Program-made: the position numbers and the translations under genes | Origin: Malacoraja senta | Lineage: Eukaryota | Length of the DNA: 61,079 bases | NCBI GenBank assembly: GCA_038087875.1 | Contig: JAXLNO010000228.1 | Location: 1-61,079 of the forward strand | Direction: 5' to 3' | In this document: positions 39,653-50,962 of the stretch, piece by piece | Numbering within the stretch: position 1 is the first letter of the stretch | Layout of the letters: every line of letters starts with the position of its first letter | Notes under the pieces: model-generated | What the model saw: the letters and a program-made list of their open reading frames with translations, nothing else | What the model was told of the DNA's origin: nothing | The model's database searches: none

Positions 39653-39706
39653 GGGGTGGAAGATTGCAACCATCACATGGTCCGCCCTGTTTCAACTAAT
39701 GCAATC
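39653..39706 (+). ncRNA. Minimal HDV-like (CPEB3-type) ribozyme motif, 54 nt
   Basis: P1 GGGGUGG/CCGCCCU (G1.U), P2 GAUUGCA/UGCAAUC (7/7), P3 ACC/GGU, L3 AUCACAU, G, linker UUUCAA, putative catalytic C39696, UAA. Confidence 0.8.
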
Positions 39707-39803
39707 AACCCGGCGTGCACAATCAAATAAGATCAATTAGAACAAGTTGTCCTACAACTTTAGGCTGTGCACGCCATACACCAGAAGAAGAAGCAGAAGA
39801 AGA
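39653..39803 (+). mobile_element. Short retroposon family A, headed by an HDV/CPEB3-like ribozyme, (GAA)n tail, inside the Gypsy 5' leader
   Basis: Perfect 14-15-bp TSD agcttgaggaactt(g) at 39639 and 39804. Tail cgccatacaccagaagaagaagcagaagaag. Confidence 0.9.
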
Positions 39804-42079
39804 AGCTTGAGGAACTTGACAAAAAAAACTTATACAATCCCAAGGATGGCACCTTGCCACGTAGACACAACATAGACATAGCCTGACAAACTCTCGACGA
39901 TTTGTCCAGCTGCTGTTTTAAACTACAGTCCCCTGCATAGAAGGATCTGCGGCCTATGGTGTCCAGCTCGCAAACAACTGCGACACAACTCCGTATTTAC
40001 TGTTTAAAATGTTAAACAATACTGCATGTTGCAAAACAGCCCTGCACTGTTTTTAAAGGATGAGTTCACAAACTCTATCCCATCCTCATCGCCAATTTTG
40101 TTATATTCCGGATGGCAGAATGAATAACAACTTACACGCAGGTTGCCTGGATCAAGAGAGACAGTTTTATTACCCAACATTCCCTGCTTATATTGAACAC
40201 CAACTCATTAACATATACATGAATATGTATGAATACATTACAAACCCTGAACGTCTTTGGAGTGTGGGAGGAAACCAAAGATTTGGGAGAAAACCCACGT
40301 GGTCACGGGGAGAACGTACAAACTCCGTGCAGACAGAACCCGTAGTCAGGTTCGAACCCGGGTCTCCGGCGCTGCAAGCGCTGCAAGGCAGCAACTCTAC
40401 CGCTGCGCTACTGTGCCTAAACTTTAAAATAAAAACTCAAATGCTCTGTAGCACATCTGACGCTCGATGAGAATCTGAAATGTTACGTTTCTTTCACTGT
40501 TGATGCTGTGTGACATGATGAGAATTTTCCCTTCCTATTTTAGATTTCTAGCAACAGCTTTGCTTCTCAATGACAGATCTGGAGGTCTTGCAGCTGAACA
40601 GAAAAAAAGCATTAACAGTTCCTCTCCCACAAATCTGGGACATCAACTGGCCAGGTCTCAGGAATCAGGTAAATTAATTTCTATGAAACAGCGTGATGGA
40701 GTAACTCAGTGGGTCAGGCAGCATCTCAGGACAACGCAAATAGGTCGGGACCCTTCTTCAGGCTCCCCTTACCCATTCCAATCTCATGCCTTCTGAAGAA
40801 ACAAGGAACCACAGATGCTGGTTGATACTCCAGCACTTTGTGTCATTTGTGTAACTCAGCAGGTCAGGCAGCATCTCTGGAGAACATGGATAGGTGATGT
40901 TTCAGGTCGAGACCCTTCCTAAGACCTGAAGTCTGTAGAAGGGTCTCAACCCAAACCAATACCTTTTCGTGTTGTCCCGAATTGCTGCCTGATCCGCTGA
41001 GTTATTCCAGCACTTTGTGCCTTTCTTTGTAAACCAACATGTGCAGTTACTTGTTTCCACAAAGTCATTTCTACTTTGTGCTATCTTTTGTAGAAAATGC
41101 AGAAAGTTCCCTTTTCATAGTCAGTAAGAATCAATTATCACAAAATTACAGGTTCACAACCTACTCCAGATATTAGATTATAAAAAATATGAAGAAGGGT
41201 CCTGACCTAAAATGTCGCATTTCCATGCTGCATAAGTTCATAAGGAAGAGGAGTAGAATTATGCCATTCGGCCCATCAAGTCTACTCCGCCATTCAATCA
41301 TGGCTGAACTATCTCTCCTGCCTTCTCCCCATAATCTCTGACGCCTGTACTAATCTAGAATTTATCTATCTATGCCTTAAAAATATCCACTGACCTGGCC
41401 TCCACAGCCTTCTGTGGCTGAGGAGGCCAAGTTCCACAGATTCGCCACCATCTGACTAAAGACATCTCTCCTTATCTCCTTCTTAAAAGAATGTCCTTTA
41501 ATTCTGAGGCTGACCTCTAGTCCTAGACTCTCCCACTGGTGGAAACATCCTCTCCACATCCTCTCGATCCAAGCCTTTCAATATTCTGCTCACTTCAATA
41601 TTCTCAGATGATGCTTGACCCAGTGGGTTACTCCAGCATTTTGTGTAAACATGGGACTACAAAAATTTAAACTGATAATCCAGTATGGTTCTCAAGGAAC
41701 TTTGTACTTTAGACTTTAGTTTTTAGAGAGACAGCGTGGAAACAAGCCCTTTGGCCCAATGAGTCCGTGCCGACCAGCGATCCCCGTACACTAGCACTAT
41801 CCTACACTCGAGGGACAATTTTACAATTTTACCGAAGCCAATTAACCTACAAACCTGTACGTCGGGATGTGGGAGGAAACCGGAGCACCTGGAGAAAACC
41901 CACGCATGTCACGTGGAAAAACATGTACAAACTCCGTACAGACAGCATCTGTAGTCAGGATCCAAACTGCGTCTCTGGCATTGTCAGGCAGCAACTCTGC
42001 CACTGCACCACTGTTGAAGGTGCATCTTTTCAGCCTTAAAATGGTGTACAGAAGAGAATACAGATGATCATTTCAAAGG

Positions 42080-42235
42080 AAAGCATGGAGTTCCCGAGTG
42101 GCCTGCCCAGTGTTTCTCCCTCAGTCAACATCATCACAATAGATGATCTGGTTTGCAATCTGGCTGCTGTGCTTCCTGCATTACACCAGTGAGGAGACCG
42201 AATACTTCATTTGCAATGAGGTGGCTTGGGAGATG
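42080..42235 (+). mobile_element. Ancient DeuSINE/SacSINE-like remnant
   Basis: Resembles the Deu domain and tail (ccctcagtcaacatc..agatgatctggt..ggctgctgtg.ttcctgcattaca..tacttcatt). Weaker relatives at ~885-985, 10830-10920, 58640-58860. Confidence 0.5.
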
Positions 42236-45200
42236 CAAGGAACTGCAGATGCTGAAAACTTGAGCAAAACCAAAAGTGCTGGAGGGGCGGCACGCTGTCT
42301 GTACGGAGTTTGCACGTTCTCTCCGTGACCCGTGTGGGTTTTCCCCGGATGATCTGGTTTCCTCCCACAGAAGATAATTGGCTTCGGTAAAGATTATAAA
42401 TTGTCCCTAGTGTATAGGATAGTGCTGGTGTAACGAGAATTGCTGGTCGGTGCGGACTCAGTGGGCCAAAGGGCCTGTTTCCGCGCCGTATTTCAAAACT
42501 AAACTAAGCAGGACAGGCAGCATCTGTGGAGGGAATGGACAGACGACGTTTTTAGTCGGGACCGTTCTCCAATCTAAAGAAGGGTCCCGACCCAAACCAC
42601 TGTCTGCCCATTCCCTCCGCAGTTGCTGAATGTCTCGCTGAGTTCCTCCAGTACTTCGTGCTTTGACCAAGAGTCTTGGGATATGCTGTAAGGGATGTGG
42701 AGAATACACTATACAAGTGCATCCTCCTTCTTATGTTTCCAATGTAAGGAAAACTGCACATGGAATATGCAATGCCCTCTTTGCTGCTCTGAAGCTCGAT
42801 TATGGGCGGTATGGTGGCGCAGCGGTAGAGTTGCTGCCTTACAGCACCAGAGACCCGGGTTCAATCTTGACTACAGGTGCTGTCTGTATGGAGGTTGTAC
42901 CTTCTCCCTGTGACCAGGCGGGTTTTCTCCAGGTGCTCTGGTTTCCTCCCACATCCCAAAGACATGCAAGTTTGTAGAATAGTGTTAGTGTACGGGGTGA
43001 TCGCTGGCCAAAGAACCTGTTTCAACATCGCATCTCAAAAATCTAAAGTAAAGTCTAAATGTGGACCAGCAAAAACAGACTTAAGCTTCAGAGCAAATCG
43101 CAGGATTCCTTTGACAAAGTTATACTTGCTCAGGAGTAAATTAGGCCACAGATCTCTTCAAGTGACAGCTAGCGACATATTTCCGACAAATGACAACGGT
43201 AACATCTCTAAATGCTGCTGTATTTAAATAACACTTCCTGCTCTTTGTGGATCCTTTACGCATGGAGTAAGCTCTTGTCACCCACCGTTCACATTGATAA
43301 TGAGGTTAACTCATTGGAGACACAGAACCTCCAGATGTTAGTTTTTTTAAAGTTTAGTTCAGAGACGCAGCGTGGAAAGAATGCCTTCAGCCCACCGTGT
43401 CCGCTCCGACCAGCGATCCCCACACACTCGCACTATCCTACACACACTAGGGACAATTTACAATCTTTACCAAAGTCAATCAACTTACAAACCTGTACAT
43501 CTTTGGAAAACCGGAGCACCCGGAGAAAACCCACGCGCGTCACGGGGAGGGCGTACAAAATCCAAACAGACAGCAACAGGATCGAACCCGGGTCTCTGGT
43601 GCTGTAAGACAGTAGCTCTACTGCTGCGCCACCGTGGAATAGCTACAAAGGTTTGAAAAATCCAGATTCAAGGGCAGTTTCCTCCCAGCTGTTATCAAGC
43701 AACTGAAAAATCATATCACCAACCAGAGGGCGATCCTGACCTCCCATCCACCTCATTGGAGACCCTTGGACTATCTTTAATCATGCACTAAATGTTAGTG
43801 CAAGAACGTTATACCCTTTATCCTGTATCTGTGCACTTGAATCTAATCATGATTTTAAACAAAAGCTTTTCACTATAGCTCGGTACACGTGAGAATAATA
43901 AACTAAACGAAACTAAAAAGAAACACAAAGTGCTGAAGTAACTCAGCGGGTCAAGCAGCAGCTGCAGAGAGAATGGGTAGAAGACATTTTGGGCCAGGAC
44001 CCTTCTTCAGACTGATTGGAGTGGGCGGAGAAAGACGGTTAGCTTTGGACCCCATCAGAATTTGTTTCCCAAACTACCAAAGTCACTCCTCTGATAGACA
44101 CAAACTGCTGGAGTAGCTCAGTCAGGCAGCATCTCTGGAGAAAAGGAATAGCTGATGTTTCGGGTTCGAGACCCTTCTGAGGTCCTCCGAGACCCCTCTG
44201 CCTGCCTCGGGAACCCCCGGACTATCTTTGATCGGACTTTACTGGCTTTATCTTGCAAAAAACGTTATTCCCTAATAAATACGGTATTTATGCACTGTAA
44301 ATGGCTCAATTGTAATCATGTGTTGTCTTTCCGCTGACTGGATAGCATGCAACAAAAGCTTTTCACTGTACCTCAGTACACGTGACAATAAACTAAACTG
44401 AAGTGCATGAAACAGGACTAGATCACTTGCAGCCTTGCTGTTATGTTTGAACATGGTAGAGATGGGAAACACACGTGCCGTGATAATAGCAGCCCACTTT
44501 CACCATGAATGAATGAATGAATGAATGAATGAATGAATGAATGCTTTATTGCCACTTGTGACGAGTCAAGGTGAATTTCTTTGTTTTGCATACACAAGGT
44601 ATGCAAAGAGTCACCACTTAAAGGGCACCGACAAATTTACAAAGTATCCCGCGCCAGCTCCTCCTTGTTCAGTATCCCACCCCATCCCCCTCCACCGGGT
44701 CCTACTTTGTTCTCCCCCCCCCCTCTCTCGGCCGTCCCCCCAGGCTGGGTCCACCTTTGTTCCCGGCGGCGCATCCTCCGGCTTCCACGTGGCCCGTCCT
44801 CGACCGCCAGCTCTCTCAACGACCACCAACCTCCTCGACGATCGCTCTTGCCGCTTCTAGTCACTGAACAACTCTCTACTTTATCTGCCACTGAAATCTT
44901 TATCTGTGCCTTTGTTACCTCTAGACCTGATGATTCCAACACATCCCAAGCCACTCTCATTCACCCTAGCCTCCCTATCTTCTGCTGCTGCTGTTGTAAC
45001 TTGCACTCAATCTCATCCAGCCATTACTTCTTGCTGACCCAAGGCAACCAAGGCCTCCATTTTCATGCGTTGCTTCAAGACCATCCTTGGGCCTGATGCT
45101 CCCATCTCCTCCAGATCCAGCCCTGTAACATCAACACCTACTACCCCTTCCACCATCTCAATGAATCAATGATACTTTAATGTCACATGCAGCGAGGTAC

Positions 45201-46301
45201 AGTGAAATGCTTTGTTTGTTTTACATCCAATCAGGTAAAATCATACAGAAGACCACATCTAGGCAGTACACAAAGAGTCTCGACCCAAAACGTCGCCCAT
45301 TCCTTCTCTCCAGAGATGCTGCCTGTCCTGCTGGGTTACTCCAGCATTTTGTATCTATCTTAGGCGTAAACCAGCATCTGCATCTCCTTCCTACACAAAG
45401 AGTCGCCACGTTTCTGGCGTGGGCAAAGTTACACAAAGTTCATCGGACAGACTTATCTTCTGCTCACGGGACGAACCTGGCCTGCCGTTGCACGTGACCG
45501 CAGGCACCCCTTCAATCTTCACGCCTTCACCTTTCACCCTCCCCGGCTTCAATCTTGGCAGCCCTCCCCCCACACACCCCAAGTCTCCCCCCCCCCACCC
45601 ACCCCCGATCACGTTGGGATGCAGCAGCGGCTAGCTGAGATTCCTTTCTCCACGCACGGCCCGCTGGGATTTTCCACACCATCCTCAGGAAGGTCCTTTG
45701 GTCTTCTCCATTCCTGACCTCTGGCCCATCCACGAGATCGCTGGCAGCCTTGCCTTGAACTCGATTCTCTCAGCCCCCGCTGATCCCCTCCTGCTGTTAC
45801 AAACGTACTGATGTAACCAAACTCATAACAGCGCAGCACAAGCACAGATAGACACAAAATGCTGGAGAAACTCAGCGGGACAGGCAGCATCTCTGGAGAA
45901 AAGGAATGGGTGAGGTTTTGGGTCTAGATTCTAACTCTGAAAAAATGTCTCGACCCGAAATGTCACCCATTCCTTCTATCCAGAGATGCTGCCTCACTGA
46001 GTTACTCCAGCATTTTGTGTCTATCTTCGGCATAAACCAGCATCTGCAGTTTCTTCCCACACAGCACTAGCACAGGCCCTTCGGCCCACAATGTCTGTGC
46101 TGAACATGATACCAAGACCACCACTCATCTACCTGCATATAACCCATATCCTTCCATTCCCTGCATATTCATATGCCTATCCAAATGTCTTTTAAATGCC
46201 ATTAAAGTTACTGCTTCAATTACCACCCCTGGCAACATGTTCCAGGCACTCATCACCCTCTGTATATAGACCTTGCCTTTCACACCTCCTTTAAACTTTG
46301 T

Positions 46302-46527
46302 GTAAGAAAGAACTGCAGATGCTGGTTTAAATCGAAGGTAGACACAAAATGCTGGAGTAACTCAGCGGGTGAGGCAGCATCTCGGGAGAGAAGGAATGGG
46401 CGACATTTCGGGTCGAAACCCTTCTTCGGGTCTGAAGAAGGGTCTCAACCCGAAACGTCGCCCATTCCTTCTCTCCAGAATTGCTGCCTGTCCCACTGAG
46501 TTACTCCAGCATTTTGTGTCTACCTTG
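46302..46527. mobile_element. Penelope-derived head-to-head inverted terminal repeat (fold-back) with hammerhead motif
   Basis: About 190-bp palindrome 46335-46526. 13-bp flanking duplication ctttaaactttgt (46289-46301, 46528-46540). GGGU-CUGAAGA-stem-GAAA-CG-UC-GCCC at 46428-46463. Confidence 0.75.
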
Positions 46528-48476
46528 CTTTAAACTTTGTCCCCCTCACCTTAAAGCAATGCCCTCTAGTACTTGAACTCTTGGGCATTATCTAATTATT
46601 TCCTTCTAGGGTTCAGCATCAATTTTTTGATTACATTCCTGAAAAATGCCTAGGAGTGCTTTGCCATATTAAGGGGCACTGCATAAATACCATTTAATGT
46701 TATTCTTTCTATTCTGTCCGTTTATACAATGGAACAGTGTGTCACAGCCTGGTTCAGCAACCCGAACGCTCAGGAACAAAGGGGACTACAGAGAGTGGTG
46801 GACACTGCCCGGTCCATCACAGGTACTGACCTCCCCACCATCATAGGGATGTACAGGAGTCGCTGCCTCAAAAAGGCAGCCAGCATCATCAAACACCCAC
46901 ACCACCCTGGCCATGCTCTCATTTCACTTCTACTATCGGGAGGAAGGCACAAAACTGTGACCACCAGGTTCAAGAATACCAGAGGACATAGGCGAGGACC
47001 AGAGGACGTAGGCTTAAGGCGAAGGGGAAAATAATTAATAGGAATCCGAGGGGTAACTTTTTCACACAAAGGGTGGTGGGTGTAAAGAACAAGCTGCCAG
47101 AAGAGGTAGTTGAGGCTGGGACTATCCCAACGTTTAAGAAACATGTAGACAAAAACATGGATAGGACAGATTTGGAGAGATATGGGCCAAACGTGGGAAG
47201 GTGAGACTAGTGTAGCTGGGACATGCCGGCCGGCGTGGGCATGTTAGGCTAAGGGGTCTGTTTCCACACGTTATCACTCTAGGACTTTTTATTTTATTTT
47301 TTTATTTTTATTAGAAGCAATTGTACAAGGATAAAACGCTCGGCATCTACAATTATGCAATTATTGTACAGCTTCATTTTTAACCTTATAACCTACATTT
47401 TTTTAAAAGGGAAAAAAGAAAAAAAAGGGAAAGCTAGAAAAGAAGAAAAGAAAAAATGAAGAGATAAAATAGAAAAGAACCAGAAAAAGACCCCTAAGCT
47501 ACCAAAGCAGTGCAGCGGAAAGAAGGAAAGAAAGAAATCATCTTTAACTCTATGACTTTAATAGCTTTTTCCCAACAACCATCAGGCTCTTGAACACGAC
47601 ACAATAACCTCAACTATGAACTTGGATTGTCTTTGGTTTCAATAAGGACCTTGTTTCTTATTATACTAGCACTAGGCTATTACTTTATTGAACTTTTGTC
47701 AATAGATGTTATCTAGTTATTGTGTTTACAGATGTGTTAGCGCAAAATAATTTCATTGTTCCACTGTGGGTACATATCCGTGATAGGAGCAGAATTAGGC
47801 CATTCGGCCCATCAAGTCTATTCCGCCATTCAATCATGGCTGTTCTATCTCTCCCTCTCCACCTCATTCTCCTGCCTTCTCCCCATAACCCCTGACACCA
47901 GTACCAATCAAGAATTTATCTATCTCTGCCTTAAAAATATCCATTGACTTGGCCTCCACAACTTACTGCAGGGCTCGACTTTTTGCCCGGCTTGGCAACC
48001 AGATACTGGTTTGTACCGAAGATAGACACAAAAAACTGGAGTAACTCCGCGGGTCAGGCAGCATCTCTGGAGAAAAGGAACGCGATGTTTTCTGTCGGCT
48101 GTATTGCGGGGCAAAGATACTAGGTGCGGGGTGAGGAAGGGTCGGAGCGAACGACGGGCCCCGCACAGCGTCAGCAGCGGCCGTGACAGCGGCTCCATCT
48201 CCTCCTCCTCCCGCCCCCCGTGATAAGGGCAGCTACTTGCAAACCCGCTAACGGCGATAACCGTTTTCGAAACAAACCCTCCCGCACTCCGAGGCCGGGA
48301 GGAGGGAGAGGCCTCGGCTTGCGGGAGGGTTTGTTTCGAAAGCGGTTATCGCCGTTAGCGGATTTGCAAGCAGCGGCCTTTATCAGGGAGGAGGAGGAGA
48401 TGGAGCCGCTATCGCGGCCGCTGCTGCCGCTGTTCGAGGCCCGTCATTCGCTCCGACTCGTCTGAAGCAGCTGCAC

Positions 48477-48504
48477 CAAAGATCCTATAGCTATAGGATC
48501 TCTG
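48477..48504. mobile_element. 28-bp TIR-only insertion with 8-bp TSD
   Basis: caaagatcctatag|ctataggatctctg flanked by agctgcac at 48469-48476 and 48505-48512. Confidence 0.8.
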
Positions 48505-48699
48505 AGCTGCACTGCTCGACCCCGCACCTTGCTGTTGGCTGGCGGAGGAGGGAGGCGGTGGCGAGGAGTTCCCAACGGCCAAGGCAGCGGGGCGATGTTG
48601 TCCGAGGAGCGCTGACCTTCCTTCCTCCCCACCTCGCCCCCCCCTCCCCTCTCTCTCTCTCTCTTGTACGCCCCCTCCACCCCCTTATCCTGGGACCCC

Positions 48700-49460
48700 T
48701 CCACTCCATCCCGCACTGATCCCCATTCCCACGTCTATTCAGTCCTCACTGACATCCCCAGTGTTCCCCTCCCCATCAACCCCCCCCCCCATATCTATTC
48801 ATCCTGCGCTGATCACCCTATCCACCTCGCATTGATTCTCCTGCCACCCACCCCCCCCATCCATCCTACACTGGTTCCCCAATTCACCCTGTACTTACCC
48901 CTTTCCCATCCATCCTGCACTTCTCCTCCATCCATCCTGCACTGATCCCCCATCCATCCTGTACTAATCCACGCATTCATCCCGTACTGACCCACCCTCC
49001 ATTTACCCTGCACCTTCCCCTCATTCATCCTGTAGTGATCCCCCATTCATCCTACACAGACCCTCCGATACACACTGTACTGACCCCCCCCCATTCATCC
49101 TGCGCTGATCTGCCCCCCCCCATCCATCCTGTACTGATCCTCCCATTCAAGAAGAATGGGGGGAACAGTCTGAAGAATGGTCTCGACCCGAAACCTTGCC
49201 GATTTCCTTCGCTCCATAGATGCTGCCTCACCCGCTGAGTTTCTCCAGCACTTTTGTCTACCCCCATCCATCCCGTACTGAACCCCCCCATTCAACACCA
49301 CTGGCATCCCCCATGCTCTCCCCTCACAATTTTACCTACTCCAACCAACACGTACTAATTCACCTTCCTCAATCCATCCATTGTGCACCGATTGCCTTCT
49401 AACCCCCCCCCCACCCCCACCCCCGCCATCTATCCACCCCGCACTGATTCACACACACAC
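48700..49460. repeat. C-rich degenerate minisatellite (~22-25 bp, cccccatccatcctgtactgat)
   Basis: Many diverged copies of ccatccatcc.gtactga, with a Penelope repeat inserted at ~49165-49262. Confidence 0.75.
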
Positions 49461-50703
49461 CCCTCCCTGACCCTATTGTGCTGGAAATGTCTTCAGAGCG
49501 AACATTGACTATGTTTGATAATGGAATGCAATCAAATGTGTTTTAATTCCCAATGTTATTATTTGTTTTAATCCATAAAGATGGATTAATTAAATTATGA
49601 ACACGTGAAACATTAAAACCGCAGTGTTCGATTGTCACTGCTACCATTGACACGTTATTACAGAATTCATTTTAACGACAAATCAATGCTCTTAATATGG
49701 TGTATCAGTACTGTAGTTATTTAATGAGCAACATTCACAACTATACGTACGCATATATGTTACCATGGTCCAGGATTTATTGACACAGGTTGATCATACG
49801 CTGAATAATCCAACCACATTTTTGTTTGGAAGTGGAAAGAACTAATAGAAATTGCATTAATTGCAATGTGTAAAAAGAGTTGAGATACTGTCATATAATT
49901 TTGCTGCATGTCGTTGTAGTATATATCATATCTTGATTGGTGAATATGTTTAGTTTGTGACTTTATTTGAAGCAGAAATAATATGTGAATGCTTCATTGA
50001 GTATAATTCCGACTGGTAACTACGCACTTCGTCCGAGCACATTATCGCACGAGTCATGCAAGCCATCTTAAATGACCACCTAAACTGGCATTTGGCAACC
50101 TAAATAGCTGCCAAGGTTGCCCGGCTGGCAACAGGGAAAAAAAGTTAAGCGAGAGCCCTGTTACTGTGGCAAAGAATTCCAAAGATTTGCCATCTTCTGA
50201 CGAAAGAAATTCCTCCTCATCTCCTTCCTAAAGGAGTGTCCTTTAATTCTGCGGCTATGACCTCTAGTCCTAGAGTCTCCCATTAGAAGAAACATCCTCT
50301 CCACATCCACTCTATCCAAGCCTTTCACTATTCTGCAAGTTTCAATGAGGTCCCCCCCTCAATCTTCTAAACTCCAGCAAGTACAGGCCCAATGCCATCA
50401 AACGCTCATCATATGTTAACCCACTCATTCCTGGGATAATTCTTGTAAACCTCCTCTGGACCCTCTCCAGAACCAGCACATGCTTCCTCAGATATGGTGT
50501 CCAAAATTTCTCACAATATTCCAAATGCAGCCTGACCAGCGCCTTATAGATCCTCAGCATTACATCCCTGTTTTTGTATTCTAGTCCTCTTGAAATAAAT
50601 GCTAGCATTGCATTTACTTTCTTTACTACTGATTCGACTTGTGGATTAACATTTTGGGAATCCTGCACCAGCACTCCCAAGTCCCTTTGCACCTCCGATT
50701 TTT

Positions 50704-50962
50704 GGACGACAGATGGCGCAATGGGCTAAGTGTTCGGCTGGCAACCGGAAGGTAGCCGGTTCGAATCCCGCTTGGAGTGCATACTGTCGTTGTGTCCTTG
50801 GGCAAGACACTTCACCCACCTTTGCCTGCGTGTGAATGTTGATATGTTGATATCAACATATGGATATGGATAATTCTCTGTAAAGCACTTTGGTTTCAAG
50901 TGATTTGATTGAAAAGTGCTATATAAATACAAATATTAATATTAATAATTAATTAATTAATT
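50704..50962 (+). mobile_element. tRNA-derived SINE with CORE-like centre and L2-type tail
   Basis: A box tggcgcaatgg, B box ggttcgaatcc, gtgtccttgggcaagacactt centre, tail aaagcactttgg..gtgctatataaata like the 3' end of the L2 at ~36350-36410, AT-rich tail. Confidence 0.8.

Larger units (their letters stand above)
33236..40242 (-). mobile_element. Full-length decayed Gypsy (Mag-lineage) LTR retrotransposon inserted in a V-SINE
   Basis: LTRs 33236-33376 and 40099-40242 (TG..CA), 5-bp TSD aaccc (33231-35, 40243-47), PBS tggcgatgaggatg (minus, ~40081-40094, tRNA-Ser type), PPT aaaaaaggagagcag (minus, 33377-33391). Confidence 0.95.
47969..50160. mobile_element. hAT-like non-autonomous transposon (~2.2 kb), 6-bp TSD
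   Basis: Ends cagggctc / gagccctg, TSD ttactg (47963-47968, 50161-50166), subterminal ttgcccggct..ggcaac motifs at both ends. Confidence 0.85.

Noticed and set aside
40543..40668. Possible exon (ttttag ... cag|gtaaat)
   Set aside because: No recognisable protein, the acceptor resembles a decayed Penelope repeat tail, and no partner exons were found.
50704..50780. tRNA-like sequence with GGC anticodon loop
   Set aside because: The acceptor stem does not pair and it continues into SINE body and tail, so it is a SINE head and not a tRNA gene.
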